Source of the DNA: Octopus bimaculoides
Taxonomy: Eukaryota
DNA: 64,000 bases
Assembly: GCF_001194135.2 (NCBI RefSeq)
Contig: NC_068984.1
Span: 119,740,660-119,804,659 of the forward strand
Reading direction: 5' to 3'
Every line of letters begins with the position of its first letter. Position 1 is the stretch's first letter. The notes below the pieces were generated by a model that saw only the letters and a program-made list of their open reading frames with translations, made no database searches and was not told the origin of the DNA. Position numbers and translations under genes: made by a program. Positions 39,131-50,661 of this stretch are shown here, in pieces.

Positions 39131-39364
39131 TTTTTTCCTGGTGAAGGCTGGTTTATGGGATCACCCTGGGTTTCCTGTCCATAAAGGGTTTAACTTTATG
39201 GCGCATCTTCAGACCCGAAGACCTGTTGGCCTATGAACTCTTTTAAAATTTTAAAGAGGTCATTGGCCAACAGGTTTTGGGGTCTGAAGATACGCCATAA
39301 AGTTAAACCCTTTATGAATGGGATATCCAGTGTAACCCCATAAACTGACCTTCGCCAGGGAAAA
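39131..39364. repeat. 234-bp palindrome (fold-back element, family P)
   Basis: cataaagggtttaactttatggcgcatcttcagaccc..acctgttggcc pairs with ggccaacaggt..gggtctgaagatacgccataaagttaaaccctttatg. Outer arms are ttttcctggtgaagg / ccttcgccagggaaaa. Confidence 0.8.
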
Positions 39365-40150
39365 TATATATATATATATAATGGGATTCTGTTTCTGTCT
39401 ACCAAATCCACTCACTAGGCTTTGGTTGGACAAGGCTATAATAGGAGATGCTATTACAAGGTGCTGCACAATAGGACTGAACCTGTAACCACATGGTTGG
39501 GAAGCAGTCTGCTTAACTACACAGCCACACTTGCACCTCACATTATAGAAAAGCCATTGTTAATCCATTAGTATAATAATCTGGGAAGATTTTGCTCTGT
39601 TGGAAACTGCCAAAATGAATATTCTAATAGCAAACCTTGCAAGAACGATCAGGGATGTGTCACTTACGTGTCATCCTCAAAAATGGCAGAAGCACATCCA
39701 GTATTTTATCTTGTGAATGCAATTGTCTGGTTGCGAATATAGAAGATACTTGTCTTAGGTGCAACATACTGGGACTGAACTTGAAACCATATAGATGGGA
39801 AGTGACCTTCTTAATCACACAGCCATGTCTGTACCTCTGTTTGTGTGTATGTGTGTGTGTGTGTGAAGGAAAATAGTTTTATACACATACACACAACTCA
39901 CAATAGGGTGATACTAAAGCATTCAATTCTGAGCACATTGTACCCTATTGCAGAAACAGCTGTAAGCTAATGAAGTTCATCATGTAGTTGTCTCTTTCCT
40001 TTGTTATCCCAATTTCTTATTACCATTCTGTATGAACTGATGCTTCGTACTGAAACATATGTATACTGAGTTCTGACACCAGGTTGTTAGCATTGCAATG
40101 CCTAAGCAAAATAATATATACACACACACACACTCACATATACATATATA

Positions 40151-40361
40151 TGAGGGGGTGCTGAAAAGTTCCTGGCTTTGGATAAAAGAAAATACAGGAG
40201 GATATCAGTTGTGATTTTATTCAGCATATTCCCTTCTCAGATTCACACACTTATTACAGCAGCCCTTCAGTTTTTCTAAGCCCTGTAAAAGAACTCAAGA
40301 TTGGGCCTTCAATCAGTTCTTTCACGGTACTTGTAAAGCCAGGAACTTTTCAGCACCCCCT

Positions 40362-40363
<2 letters not shown>
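40151..40363. mobile_element. Tc1/mariner-type MITE
   Basis: TIRs of about 29 bp, (T)GAGGGGGTGCTGAAAAGTTCCTGGCTTT / AAAGCCAGGAACTTTTCAGCACCCCCTTG, flanked by TA on both sides. One end of the same family is at about 27405-27505. Confidence 0.8.
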
Positions 40364-40435
<72 letters not shown>

Positions 40436-41307
40436 GTTGATTGCTGGGCATTTTAGAAAGCATCACTGTCTTTGAGGAAGTGTTACTGGATACATAGCTA
40501 TGTGTTGAGCAGAGCCAAACAGAATAAGAAATAATTAATTTAAAAATGTTATTAATACTATACATTTTCAGAGTGTCACACGTAGCAATTAACCTTACAA
40601 AACCCAATGGCCAGTGTAATTTATATATTTATTTTGTTCTTTAGTTATCTAACGAAGTTAAAGATTCCCCGATGATCAAATCTCATTAATTTCTAGCTGC
40701 TGACAAAGATGGTGTAGCCACTGTTTGTCTGCTGCAAGAAATAGCACTTGATAGCACTTGGTAATTAAGTCCACCTTCTCCATCACTGTGACAATCTTTA
40801 TTCCTAGAAGACTTGGATTAGCTAATCTCTCAACTTCCAGCATCATGAAGTGATGAGGTTTCTCAGCTGAAGTTCACTTGTTCAGCAAGATAAGCAATCT
40901 GAGAAAAAAAAAAAAAAAAAAAAATCAATGTCTTTTGCTTAAAATGGGATCTGTTCTAGATAGAGAGATGATAATTTCTTTAGGAAAGCAATAACTTTAA
41001 TTAAAAAGTGATTCAGTGCATAGGAAACACTCTAGATTTAGTACACAGCCTCTCTAATGCATGTGGTGTGATAAAATTAACCCAGTCCAGGTTGTAAAGT
41101 ATTGGGGACAGAAAGGGCATCTAACCCTAAAAACCTTTTCAAGTAAGGTAATATTTCCTCATGGCCAGATAGGTTTTTCACGGAAGACTGAAAATGTGCA
41201 ACCTCACTTGTATTGCAGTGGTGCAAATTTACACTCGATGCATGATATCATGACAAGGGTACACATACGTGTGTGCACACGCACACACACGCACATATTT
41301 GAGATAC

Positions 41308-41357
<50 letters not shown>

Positions 41358-41712
41358 CAGCACCTAGTACACTGTAAAATGGTTGATGTTAGGAAGGGCA
41401 TCAAGCTGTAGAAACCATGCCAAAACAGATTGAAGCTTGGTTAGCTCTCTAGCTGACCAGCACTTGTTAAACCATCCAACCTATACTAGCATGCAAAACA
41501 GATGTTAATGATGTTAATGATGATGATGTGTATATATATATACACACACAGTCCAAGTGAAATTGAGAGAAAAATCAGAAAAGAAGTTTATTAATAAATT
41601 CCAACCCAAGCTGAATAAATAAGAATAATAATATTTAGAGGTACTATTTCTACTGCTACGACCACTACCACTAACAACAACAACAATACTAAAGGCTCTC
41701 ATGATGGTCTTT

Positions 41713-42010
41713 TTCTTCTTCTTCTTCTTCTTAATCCTTTTTATCCCCTTGTGGAGCATAGGGCCTCAACAGTTATTTTCCACTTTTTGAGTTCATTGGC
41801 ATGTTTCTTAGCTGCTTCCCATGCCAGGCCAGTGGTCCTGAGCTCAACCAAAATGCTCCGCTTCCATGCCTGCTTCGAGCATCTTTGCTTCCTTTTCCCC
41901 TGCGGGTTCTAGTCAAGTGCTTCTCGTGTCACATTTGAGGGTTCTTTCCGCAGTGCGTGTCCAATACATCTCCATTTCCTTTGTCTAATCTGAACATGTA
42001 TGGGCTCCTG
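41713..42010 (-). mobile_element. 3' end of a second RTE-type LINE family with (AAG)n tail
   Basis: Minus strand: NQEPIHVQIRQRKWRCIGHALRKEPSNVTREALD*NPQGKRKQ..WKRS..KKWKITVEALCSTRG*, then (AAG)n. Confidence 0.8.
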
Positions 42011-42426
42011 GTTGACGATAGCAGGAAAATACTAGCTAAGTTAAGAGAAATTGTTTTGATTTGCTAAAACTTATTTCAATTCGTTGTTTTAATTCCACAG
42101 TGTTTCAGGTTTTGATTAGGTAAGAACATTTTATTTCTCAAGCAAAATTTAGGCATTTTGCACACTAGCCATCATGACATCAATTCAACGAGATCTGCCC
42201 CAAAACATAAAATTTCGTCATTTTACGCACATGCACAAAAATGACGACACGAGTTCGCTACCAGACTCTGCTCATTTTTTCGTCAGATTGGTCCTACCCA
42301 TTAATATAGATTCTAAATTTTTGAAAAATATCGAAATTTGATGAAAAATGTTTCATGGCTATAAACAGACATCTTATTAATGGTAATTTATTACCGAGTA
42401 CCTCAACTAGTATATATTTATGTATA

Positions 42427-42495
<69 letters not shown>

Positions 42496-44175
42496 ATACC
42501 TACATATATATGATCAATAAAACATATATCAGGAAAGAAGCACACTCTAAAGAATAGAGCAGTAATTATTAAAACAAAAAGTTAAATTCTTGTCATAGAG
42601 TTACCAGAGGCTTCATATCCACACACACACATACTCACAAATTTATTTACAAGGTTTCGGTCAACTTGGAGCTACAGTAGAAGACACTAACTCCAGTTGT
42701 GGTGCAGTGGGATTGAACCCAAGACCATGTTGATGGAAAGTATGTTTCTCAACCAAAAAAAAAAGGTTGGGGAAGAAAGACTGGAGAGGCTGTAGACTTC
42801 ACAAGGTGCAGTGTCTACAGTGAAGACAGCTTGTTTAATTTTCAGAGAGCAGTAACTCTGAATAGAAACTGATACAGGGTCATGGAGAATCTTTAGTTTT
42901 TTTTTTTTTTATGAAGGCAGCCCCCTCTTGTGATGTGGCTTGATAAAATGTACACACTCCATGCTGTTTTTTAATAGGTAATAGGAAGAGCATTTTGCTG
43001 TTAAAGCCAAACAAAGACACCCAAACCCCCCAAAAAACCCATAAAATTTGTTGGTTTTTCTCTGCATGCTAGATGATAAAAGACCTTGACAAGCAGCAAG
43101 ACAAAACATTGAGACCAGTTCGACCCATGTCAGCATAGAATGATAGATGTAAAATGATGATGACGCAATTGTGTTATTTTTGTCTATGGTTTTAGTTTGT
43201 TATTTTTTTAAAAGTCATATCAAGAGAAATCTATTTTCCATAAGGCAATTTATGCTAGCCAAATAAGACTATCTTTCAACACGACCTTCACCACCACCAT
43301 ACCACTGCCACCACCACCACCACCACCACTACCACAACCACCACCACCACAACCACCNNNNNNNNNNACCACAACCACCACCACCACAACCACCACCACC
43401 ACAACCACCACCACCACAACCACTTCTGTTACTATGGTCTGAGTATTCAGTTGGTCTTAAGTTGATATATGAAATAATAAATAGGTGATGTGTCTGTGTG
43501 AAAATGATAATGTTCATTTTCTATTCTGTTAGAAAGTTGTCATTATGACCTTTCAATCAGTCCAATCGATAACTGACGTGAATGAATATAGAATCGGTAT
43601 GTCTGTGACTTGGCTTCTTAGTGACTTCAAATATCAGTCTTATATACTTTACGAAGGTTTGGCAGCAGTTAAACAGTTTATAATAAAAGAGTATTGATTT
43701 ATTTACTTCTTTTATTTTTATTTTCGAAGTCTAGGCATGATGCTCATTAGGTTACAAACTAATGAAATAACTCAACTATGCTGACTCCAGTATGTGGATG
43801 ATGTGGCTGGGGTTCATTTTATCAACCTCTAGGGAGGTTCATAGGATAACTTAACCCCAACTGAGATTTCAACTTGGACTGGGCTGGTGATGAGGGATAT
43901 CGAATTAGATACTGTAAATAAAATATCCTGTCTGAGTGTCCATTGTTGGCATCAGTTCCACACATTTCCTTAGAATTTTTGAAGCAATAGCAATGAGGTT
44001 ATTCTCACTTGCTTCAAAATGATATATTTTCTGTGAATGCTTATTGTCAAAATTTACTCTCCTGTCTGTTGCTCTCTTTTTTCCAATTTTTCATCCTCTT
44101 GCTATATGACCTCTTTGATATTTCATAATAAACACGGACAAGAATTGTTTTTGAGATTTAACATTCATATATAAT

Positions 44176-44228
<53 letters not shown>

Positions 44229-44507
44229 CATTTCTATGTGAAGTTATACAACAATTCAATGTGAAATTGAAGAATCACTCAACATGTTTTACTAGAGTAC
44301 AGATTGATGAATTTTTCTAAGAAAAAGGAGATTGGTAGTGACTTTGAATTGTCTGTTCACTACTTGTTACCAGATTGATGATGATTGATGATTTGTAGGC
44401 CGAAACTTCAAAGTCATTTGCTCTCTCTCTCTTTCCCTCTCTGTTTGACTGTCTGTCTGCTAGTTTGTCTCTTTGTCTCTCTGTCTGTCAGTCTTTCTCC
44501 CACTCTG

Positions 44508-44544
<37 letters not shown>

Positions 44545-44744
44545 TCATTTACTTATTTAAGTTACTGGACTGTGGCTGTAGTGGGACACTACCATAAAAG
44601 GTTTAGCTAGACAAGTTGACCTAATACATATTTCAAGTCGGGAACTTATTCTGCTAGGTTGTGGAAATGTAAACAAACCAACACCAGTTCTCAAGTGGTG
44701 GGAAGCACACACATGCACGCATATACACAGACACATACATACTT

Positions 44745-44990
44745 GCATACATACCTACATAGTGGCTGCTTTCTTGTATATGAGCAAAGCAATTGCTAGA
44801 AAGAATCATTGAAATGAGTCATTGGTAATGCAATGTGGGGTCCTTATATGACTCTTGAGCCCTGCCAAAGATTTGCTCATTTTATTACATAATGTACTGT
44901 TGTGCTGGCTGGCAGAAGGAACCGGTGCCATAACATGAAGTCTTTTGACATGTCTTTTTAATTCTCCAACTGAATGGCACATTTTGCCAC
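44745..44990 (-). mobile_element. LINE 3' end with C-terminal C2H2-like zinc-finger remnants and (TATG)n tail
   Basis: Minus strand CGKMCHSVGELKRHVKRLH...LCNKMSKSLAGLKSHIRTPH, then a short UTR and TATG repeats. No splice signals, so it is read as an RTE/RTEX-type ORF2 end rather than a host exon. Confidence 0.5.
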
Positions 44991-44996
44991 ATACAT

Positions 44997-45050
<54 letters not shown>

Positions 45051-45055
<5 letters not shown>

Positions 45056-45530
45056 ACTATTGAGAAATCTGCAGTTACTCTATCCAGATTACAAGTTCAG
45101 GTTTATACCTGTAATTATTGGCGCCCTGGGATATGTAGCACACTGCCTAAATACCAGTCTTGAGAAATTAGGTTTCTCAAAACCAGAAGGGAGAAAGCTA
45201 ATTCGAAGACTACAGATCCAGTCCATCACTGGAACTGTAAAAATCTGTAAAACTTTCCAGAAGTTTATCATTTAAATATATATGAACATGTCTAGATATG
45301 CAACTATGTGCATGAGAATACATACATAAAACACACAAATCTGCATGCAGATGCATGCATGTATGCATACATACATACATACATGCATACATACATACAA
45401 ATAAACAAACAAACAAGCAAAAATACCCTGTTGTTGATGTTGAAATTCCAATGAAGGAACCTTGGATCTAGGTTAGAAACTGGTTCTTTCGCTATTAGCA
45501 AGAAATCTTGAAATAAACTAAATAATGACA
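45051..45530 (+). mobile_element. 3' end of an RLE-type (R4/Dong/NeSL-like) non-LTR retrotransposon
   Basis: LRNLQLLYPDYKFRFIPVIIGALGYVAHCLNTSLEKLGF..RRLQIQSITGTVKICKTFQKFII*. The IPVxIGALG..LQ...GT.KI pattern matches the C-terminus of restriction-like-endonuclease LINEs. A 3' UTR follows and ends in (CATA)n. Confidence 0.65.
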
Positions 45531-45777
45531 TACATACATACATATAGGTAGACAGACAGACACACATACATGTGCACATGCATTCACAATGGGCAACAGG
45601 CTCCTACACAGTTGTCATCTACCAGATTCGCTCACAAGGTACTAGTTAGCTCAGGGCTATAGTAGAAGGCACTTGCACAAGGTGCTGTGCAACTGAATTG
45701 AACCTAAAACTATGTAGTTCCCAAGCAAACTTCTTGAACACTCAGCCATGCCTACATATCTCTCTCTCTCTCTCTCT

Positions 45778-45818
<41 letters not shown>

Positions 45819-46241
45819 ATATTGAATGTTGTGTGATATTGACCACAGTTTTGAAATAATCTGATTTGGTTCATTTGTTCATATTTCCGCATGGGTTATG
45901 AGTTCAAATTAATTCTATATCAGTTGCATTTCCTCCTTTCTCTGTAGAGCACTAAGTTTTTCATGCCCCAGTTTACCTCACAGTAGGAGAACTGTCACAA
46001 AATCAACTTTATCTTCTGCAGCAGACTGGTATGCAATCCATATTGAGATTTCTCTCCCATCCATTTATTTTGACAAAATCTATAGTTAAGTGCTTGCATT
46101 ATCATCTGTTGTGATTTGTGGAGTCATCAGCCATCATTTTCTATCAATCACAAATAACTTTAGCTATCACATTCAATTTCAGCATTAACATCACTGTGTC
46201 TTGTTTGATCTTCTTGACAAGTTCTAGGCAGTAGTGCTTAA

Positions 46242-46854
46242 CCCTTTCATTACCATATTCTGTTGAAATACACTATCTTTGTTTCAATTGATTTTGAAAA
46301 TAATGAAGTTAAGTTGAATAATGAAGCTAAGTTGAATTTTGGAACATAAATTAGCATGAAATTTCGATGGAATGTTTTAATTTAGATCACTTTAACCCTT
46401 TAGCAGTGCTGGTGCCATGTAAAAAGCATTGGTACTGGTGCTGCATTTAAGCACCCAGTACACTCTGTAAAGTGGTTGGTGTTAGGAACAGCCCGTCAGC
46501 TGGTCAGCTTCTGTCAAATCATCCAGCCTATACCAGCATGGAAAATGGACGTTGAATGATGATGATGATGATGATGATAATGATGATTATTCTGTCAAAA
46601 GTAATGCTTAATTATTCACATTGTTTTGAATTAGTCATACATTATCTCATAGCTTTCGAGATTTCAATAATGTGATTGTTTACTTTTAGAATGACATTGT
46701 AGGGTTGATATGAGAGTCCAGTTCTGACCAATTTGAACATAATGTAGGTAGAATATTTTGGCTGAATATGGCCAGTTTAAAAGCTAAAGGGTTAAAAACA
46801 GGAAGTTTGTATCATGCAACAGGGGCAGACTCAGGTGAGTTGGTATGAAAAAGG
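46242..46854. mobile_element. TTAA-flanked (piggyBac-like) MITE type 1 containing a nested type 2 MITE
   Basis: TTAA|CCCTTT...AAAGG|TTAA. The inner element 46396-46791 has TTAA duplicated at 46392-46395 and 46792-46795, and itself carries an RTE 3' UTR piece (about 46405-46580). Confidence 0.75.
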
Positions 46855-47811
46855 TTAAGCTTTTGATACCAGTCTTCATGAGACTACCCCTGGTTCTATG
46901 TTACCAACCTGTTTATATTAAGGTGTTTACATTTAAATCTAAGCCTCCTTATCTTAATTTTATGTAAGAACCTTTTGATATGTCTTAGGTATCAGCTTAA
47001 TAATGGAGAAGGTAGTTATTTTACTAAGCTGTTCAAAATACTAAATAAGGCCACAAACATTCCATGACAATTCTATATAGCCTCCACTTAGTTCTTAAAT
47101 GAAGGTTTATTGATTTTCTTTAAATGTTATAAGTAATTTAGGCTAATGAAGCGTACATGGATTTTAACCCTTTGATGTTGGGATTATTCTGTCAAATGTA
47201 ATACTTGTTAATTCATATTGTTCTATATTTAAGAGATGAGGAATTCTGTACATTATTTACATTATTTACATTGGACGGATACCCATAAACTGACTACAGT
47301 CTGTCTACCTGATGTGAAAGGCCTCTCGGAGGAGATACAAAAAATATGCGGTCCATATGACATCAGGACAGTATTCAAGAGTAATACAACACATTGCAAA
47401 TATCTCCTTTGAGTAAAATCACCAATAGAAGAGGATATGACCAAAGACTGCGTGTACTCCATTCCATGCAGTTGTGGTAGGTTATACAAAGGCGAAACAT
47501 TCCATCCACTCAAAATAAGGGTAGAGGAACATCGTAAAGCTGTGACATGAGGAGATGTTGAAAAATCGGGTATAGCTGATCATGTATGGAAAAACGGAGA
47601 CCACCTTCCCCTGTAGGATGAAGTTAAAATAATAATCCGAGAACACCGGTGGAAAATATGAAAACGAAAACAGGCAGCACATATGCTAGGACACAAAAAC
47701 CTCCTAAGCAGACCTAGTGCAGATATGAGTAGAATATGGGAACCGGTATTAATGAAGGATACAAAAATATTTGGTTTATAAGCCCTAAAATTCACTCTAT
47801 AATTGCCCACA

Positions 47812-47882
47812 GGCTTATAGTGTAATGGTTAAGAGCACAGGCTACTAACTCCAAAATTCCGAGTTCAATTCCAGGCAGTGCC
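47812..47882 (+). pseudogene. tRNA-like sequence with Pol III A and B boxes, inside the PLE 3' region
   Basis: A-box TAGTGTAATGG (47818-47828) and B-box GAGTTCAATTCC (47861-47872) at tRNA spacing. The anticodon-like loop is CTACTAA and the stems are imperfect, so this is not a functional tRNA. Confidence 0.55.
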
Positions 47883-47889
47883 TTGAATA

Positions 47890-47923
<34 letters not shown>

Positions 47924-47980
47924 TCAGCAAAAATACCTTAGGAATGAGAACCCAGGGTTGGGTTCAAAATTCCATCAGGA

Positions 47981-48022
47981 CACCTGATGAAGGCTGGAGA
48001 GTAAATCAACGGAAATGTTGTG
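47981..48022 (+). ncRNA. Decayed minimal hammerhead motif in a Penelope pseudo-LTR
   Basis: CAC-CTGATGA-A-GGCTG GAGAGTAAAT CAACG-GAAA-TGTT^GTG. Helix I is CAC/GTG. Helix II is partly broken, and the expected AACGTT palindrome reads AATGTT. It sits downstream of a PLE GIY-YIG coding remnant. Confidence 0.55.
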
Positions 48023-48793
48023 GTAACAACAAACAAGACTAGGACACATATCCGTCCAATGTAAATAATGTTATCAATTCATATTGTTTTGAATTAATCA
48101 AGCATTATCTTGTTGCTTTGAGATTTTGATGATGTAATCATTTATTTTTAGAATGACGTCGTAGGGTAGATGGAAGAAGCCAGATCTGGCCAGTTTGAAC
48201 ATAAAACATGTAAAATAATTTGGCCAGATATGGCTGGTTTAAAACACTAAAGGGTTAATGACATGAGCAATCTTATCCAAGTAACTCTAAAACCTGAAAA
48301 AACCCATCTAATTTAAAGAACATTTTGTCAGTATTCAGTACTAGTTTGACAACTAATATTTTCAGCAATGTCTTCTGAGAATAATTGAGAAAATGACACT
48401 TTTGTGACCTGCATTGTTGGGAAAGAACAACATTATGTTCATTTGTAGAATGCTCTGAATAAGTAAACATTCAACAGAAACAAGCCCATTGATATACTAA
48501 AGTTATTAAATATGGCCTATAATTGTAGAATAACAAAACAGAGCAGTTCTCCTATTCAGGTGAAACAAAGAAGAATATCTATTCTGGGTCATTATTGTGG
48601 TTATTATGAAGCCTGGCATAATTGATTGTGTACATAATCACCTGTTGGTGGGTGTTGGTTTTTGATGATATATTTAACAAGCTTGTTACACACCACCCAC
48701 CATGCAAAATATGAATCAGAACCAGTACTTGGTTCTAGTGGTAGGACTAGCTAAGTTAATTGAGACGCTGATATGGAGAGAAACAAAAATTAA

Positions 48794-49150
48794 CCCTTTT
48801 GTTCTCGTATCTGTTGTGAAATGCATTGTGTTTCAATTCATCATCATTGAATGTTTGTTTTCCATACTGGCATGAATTGGATGGTTTGATAGAAGCAGGC
48901 ATGCCAGAGGATTGTGCTAAGTTTTAGTGTCTGCTTTGGTATGGTTTCTTTGGTTGGGTGCAATTCCTGACACCTATCACTTTTGAAAATAATGAAGAAT
49001 TTCAAAGAAGTTAGTAAAACAACTTTTTCATTATTAAACAGATGCTTGGAATAGAACTAGGTAAAAATGGTTTAAATATGAACATTTTAAAAGATGAAGT
49101 TTTGTATCACAGAACCAGAGGTGGTCTTGGGTAGGTTGGTATTGAAAGGG
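48794..49150. mobile_element. TTAA-flanked MITE type 1 with nested RTE 3' UTR piece
   Basis: ttaacccttttg...tttgaaaataatgaagaattt...ttggtattgaaaggg, with an insertion at about 48838-48980. Confidence 0.65.
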
Positions 49151-50061
49151 TAAATGTAAATTGTGTATTTTGGTTATAAACACCAAATGGCACTACTAAC
49201 CAAAGACTGACACTATTAACTTGGCTATGTGTAACATGACACTTCTGGTACACGAAAACCCCACAAAATATTTCAGCTCCAAAATGGTGTGCAAATTCCC
49301 ATGACATTAGAGTATAGATCATGCTTCTGGAACATTGCAATCATCAAATATCAACACAATATTTGGCCAATGAGGGAATATCTTGTGCATTCAAACTGCT
49401 AAAATAACAACCAAATCTTTTAGAATTACATCTTCCTGTCTTGAAAACAGCAAGGTCACATGAGATCATACAGTCCTAGATATATGATGCTTGAAAGAAG
49501 GCTGGGATGGTCATGGATGGAATGTCTTTCATCATAGGTATGCTCAGTCTGGGTTGACTCAAGGCTAAGCAACAACAGTGGTGAGCCAATATGAAAGCTT
49601 TTATGTGGTCGCTCTCCCTGCTAGAAACATTTACTGAATCTTCATCAAGCTAGACTTTACTGTCTTGTAAAACAGAAAGGACACATTGAATAATGTAGTC
49701 TTAGACATCTCTAAAAGAGACAGGATGGTCATGGCTGGAGTGCTTTCAATCATAGTGCTGCTTATTCAGAGTTGATCTGGGCTGTATAGCAACAACCATA
49801 TTGGCTGTCTCAAAGAACAACCACGAAATTGTTGAGCAAAAATGTTTTCATCAATGCTACTATTGTTTGCCCATCATTAAGATGTCTTCTCTCCAACTCT
49901 TTTGTTAACAGGTGCAGGTGTAGCTGTGGTAATAAGTTTGCTTCCCAGTCATATGATTTCAGGTTCAGTTCCACTGCATGGCACTTTGGGCGAGTGTCTT
50001 CTACTATAGTCCTGGGTTGACTTATGAGTGAATTTGGTAGATAGACACTGAAAGAAGCTTG

Positions 50062-50112
<51 letters not shown>

Positions 50113-50430
50113 TGTGTGTGTCTTTGTGCCTGTGTTTGTCCCTCCCCCCCAACTTGTATTGGTTTGTTTACATCCACATAACTTAGCAATAAAATAAGTA
50201 CCAGATTTAAAAAAAAGGTAAGTCCTGGAGTCCATTTGTTTGACTAAAATTCTTCAAAGCAGTGCCCCAGCATGGCCTCAATCTAATGACTAAAGCAAGC
50301 AGGAGATAAAATAAATTTACCTATGTATCACTGAATCTGATAATCACTTAAATCCAAGCATATTCAATACACTCTTATTGTTTCTTAACATGTCTCTTCC
50401 ATGGTGTCTCCTCTGTCAGTCTTGTATTAA

Positions 50431-50661
50431 CCCCTTTTGTTAACATGTATGTTTCTACTGAAATACATTATCTTTGTTTTAATTAATTTTAGAAAATAAT
50501 GAAGAATTTACTAAAACAATTTTGTCTTTAAACTGATATTTGGAACATAAATTAATACAAAACTTTTGATGGAAGGTTTTAATTTAGACCACTTCCTAAC
50601 AAGAACTTTGTATCATAGAACTAGAGGTAGTTGCAGGCCAGGCAGGTTGGTATCAAAAGGG
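50431..50661. mobile_element. TTAA-flanked MITE type 1, uninterrupted copy
   Basis: ttaaccccttttg...gttggtatcaaaaggg, colinear with the two halves at 46242-46391 and 46796-46854. Confidence 0.7.

Larger units (their letters stand above)
47223..48075 (+). mobile_element. 5'-truncated Penelope-like element: GIY-YIG endonuclease remnant plus pseudo-LTR, with an inverted pLTR piece at the 5' end
   Basis: About 47290-47755 translates (with stops) to VCLPDVKGLSEEIQKICGPYDIRTVFKS...CVYSIPCSCGRLYKGETFHPLKIRVEEHRKA...KSGIADHVW, a PLE-type GIY-YIG domain. cattatttacattggacggata (47260-47281) is the reverse complement of the 3' terminus near 48048-48070. A 13-bp direct repeat aattcatattgtt flanks it at 47210-47222 and 48076-48088. 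Confidence 0.85.
47168..48254. mobile_element. TTAA-flanked MITE type 2, interrupted by the Penelope insertion
   Basis: TTAA|CCCTTTG...TAAAGGG|TTAA. The two halves align with the type 2 copy at 46396-46791. Confidence 0.75.

Noticed and set aside
43532-43596. AG..GT-bounded open frame KVVIMTFQSVQSITDVNEYRI
   Set aside because: The open frame is phase 0, but the preceding exon needs phase 2 (that frame hits a stop). No motif support.
44806-44990. Host C2H2 zinc-finger gene exon
   Set aside because: No splice signals, degenerate Cys positions, and directly followed by a short UTR and tetranucleotide tail, as in LINE ORF2 ends.
47280-47292. 13-bp identity (cccataaactgac) between the PLE 5' junction and the family P palindrome end at about 39337
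   Set aside because: In the PLE it lies in frame within the coding remnant (THKLT). A single short match is insufficient to link the families.
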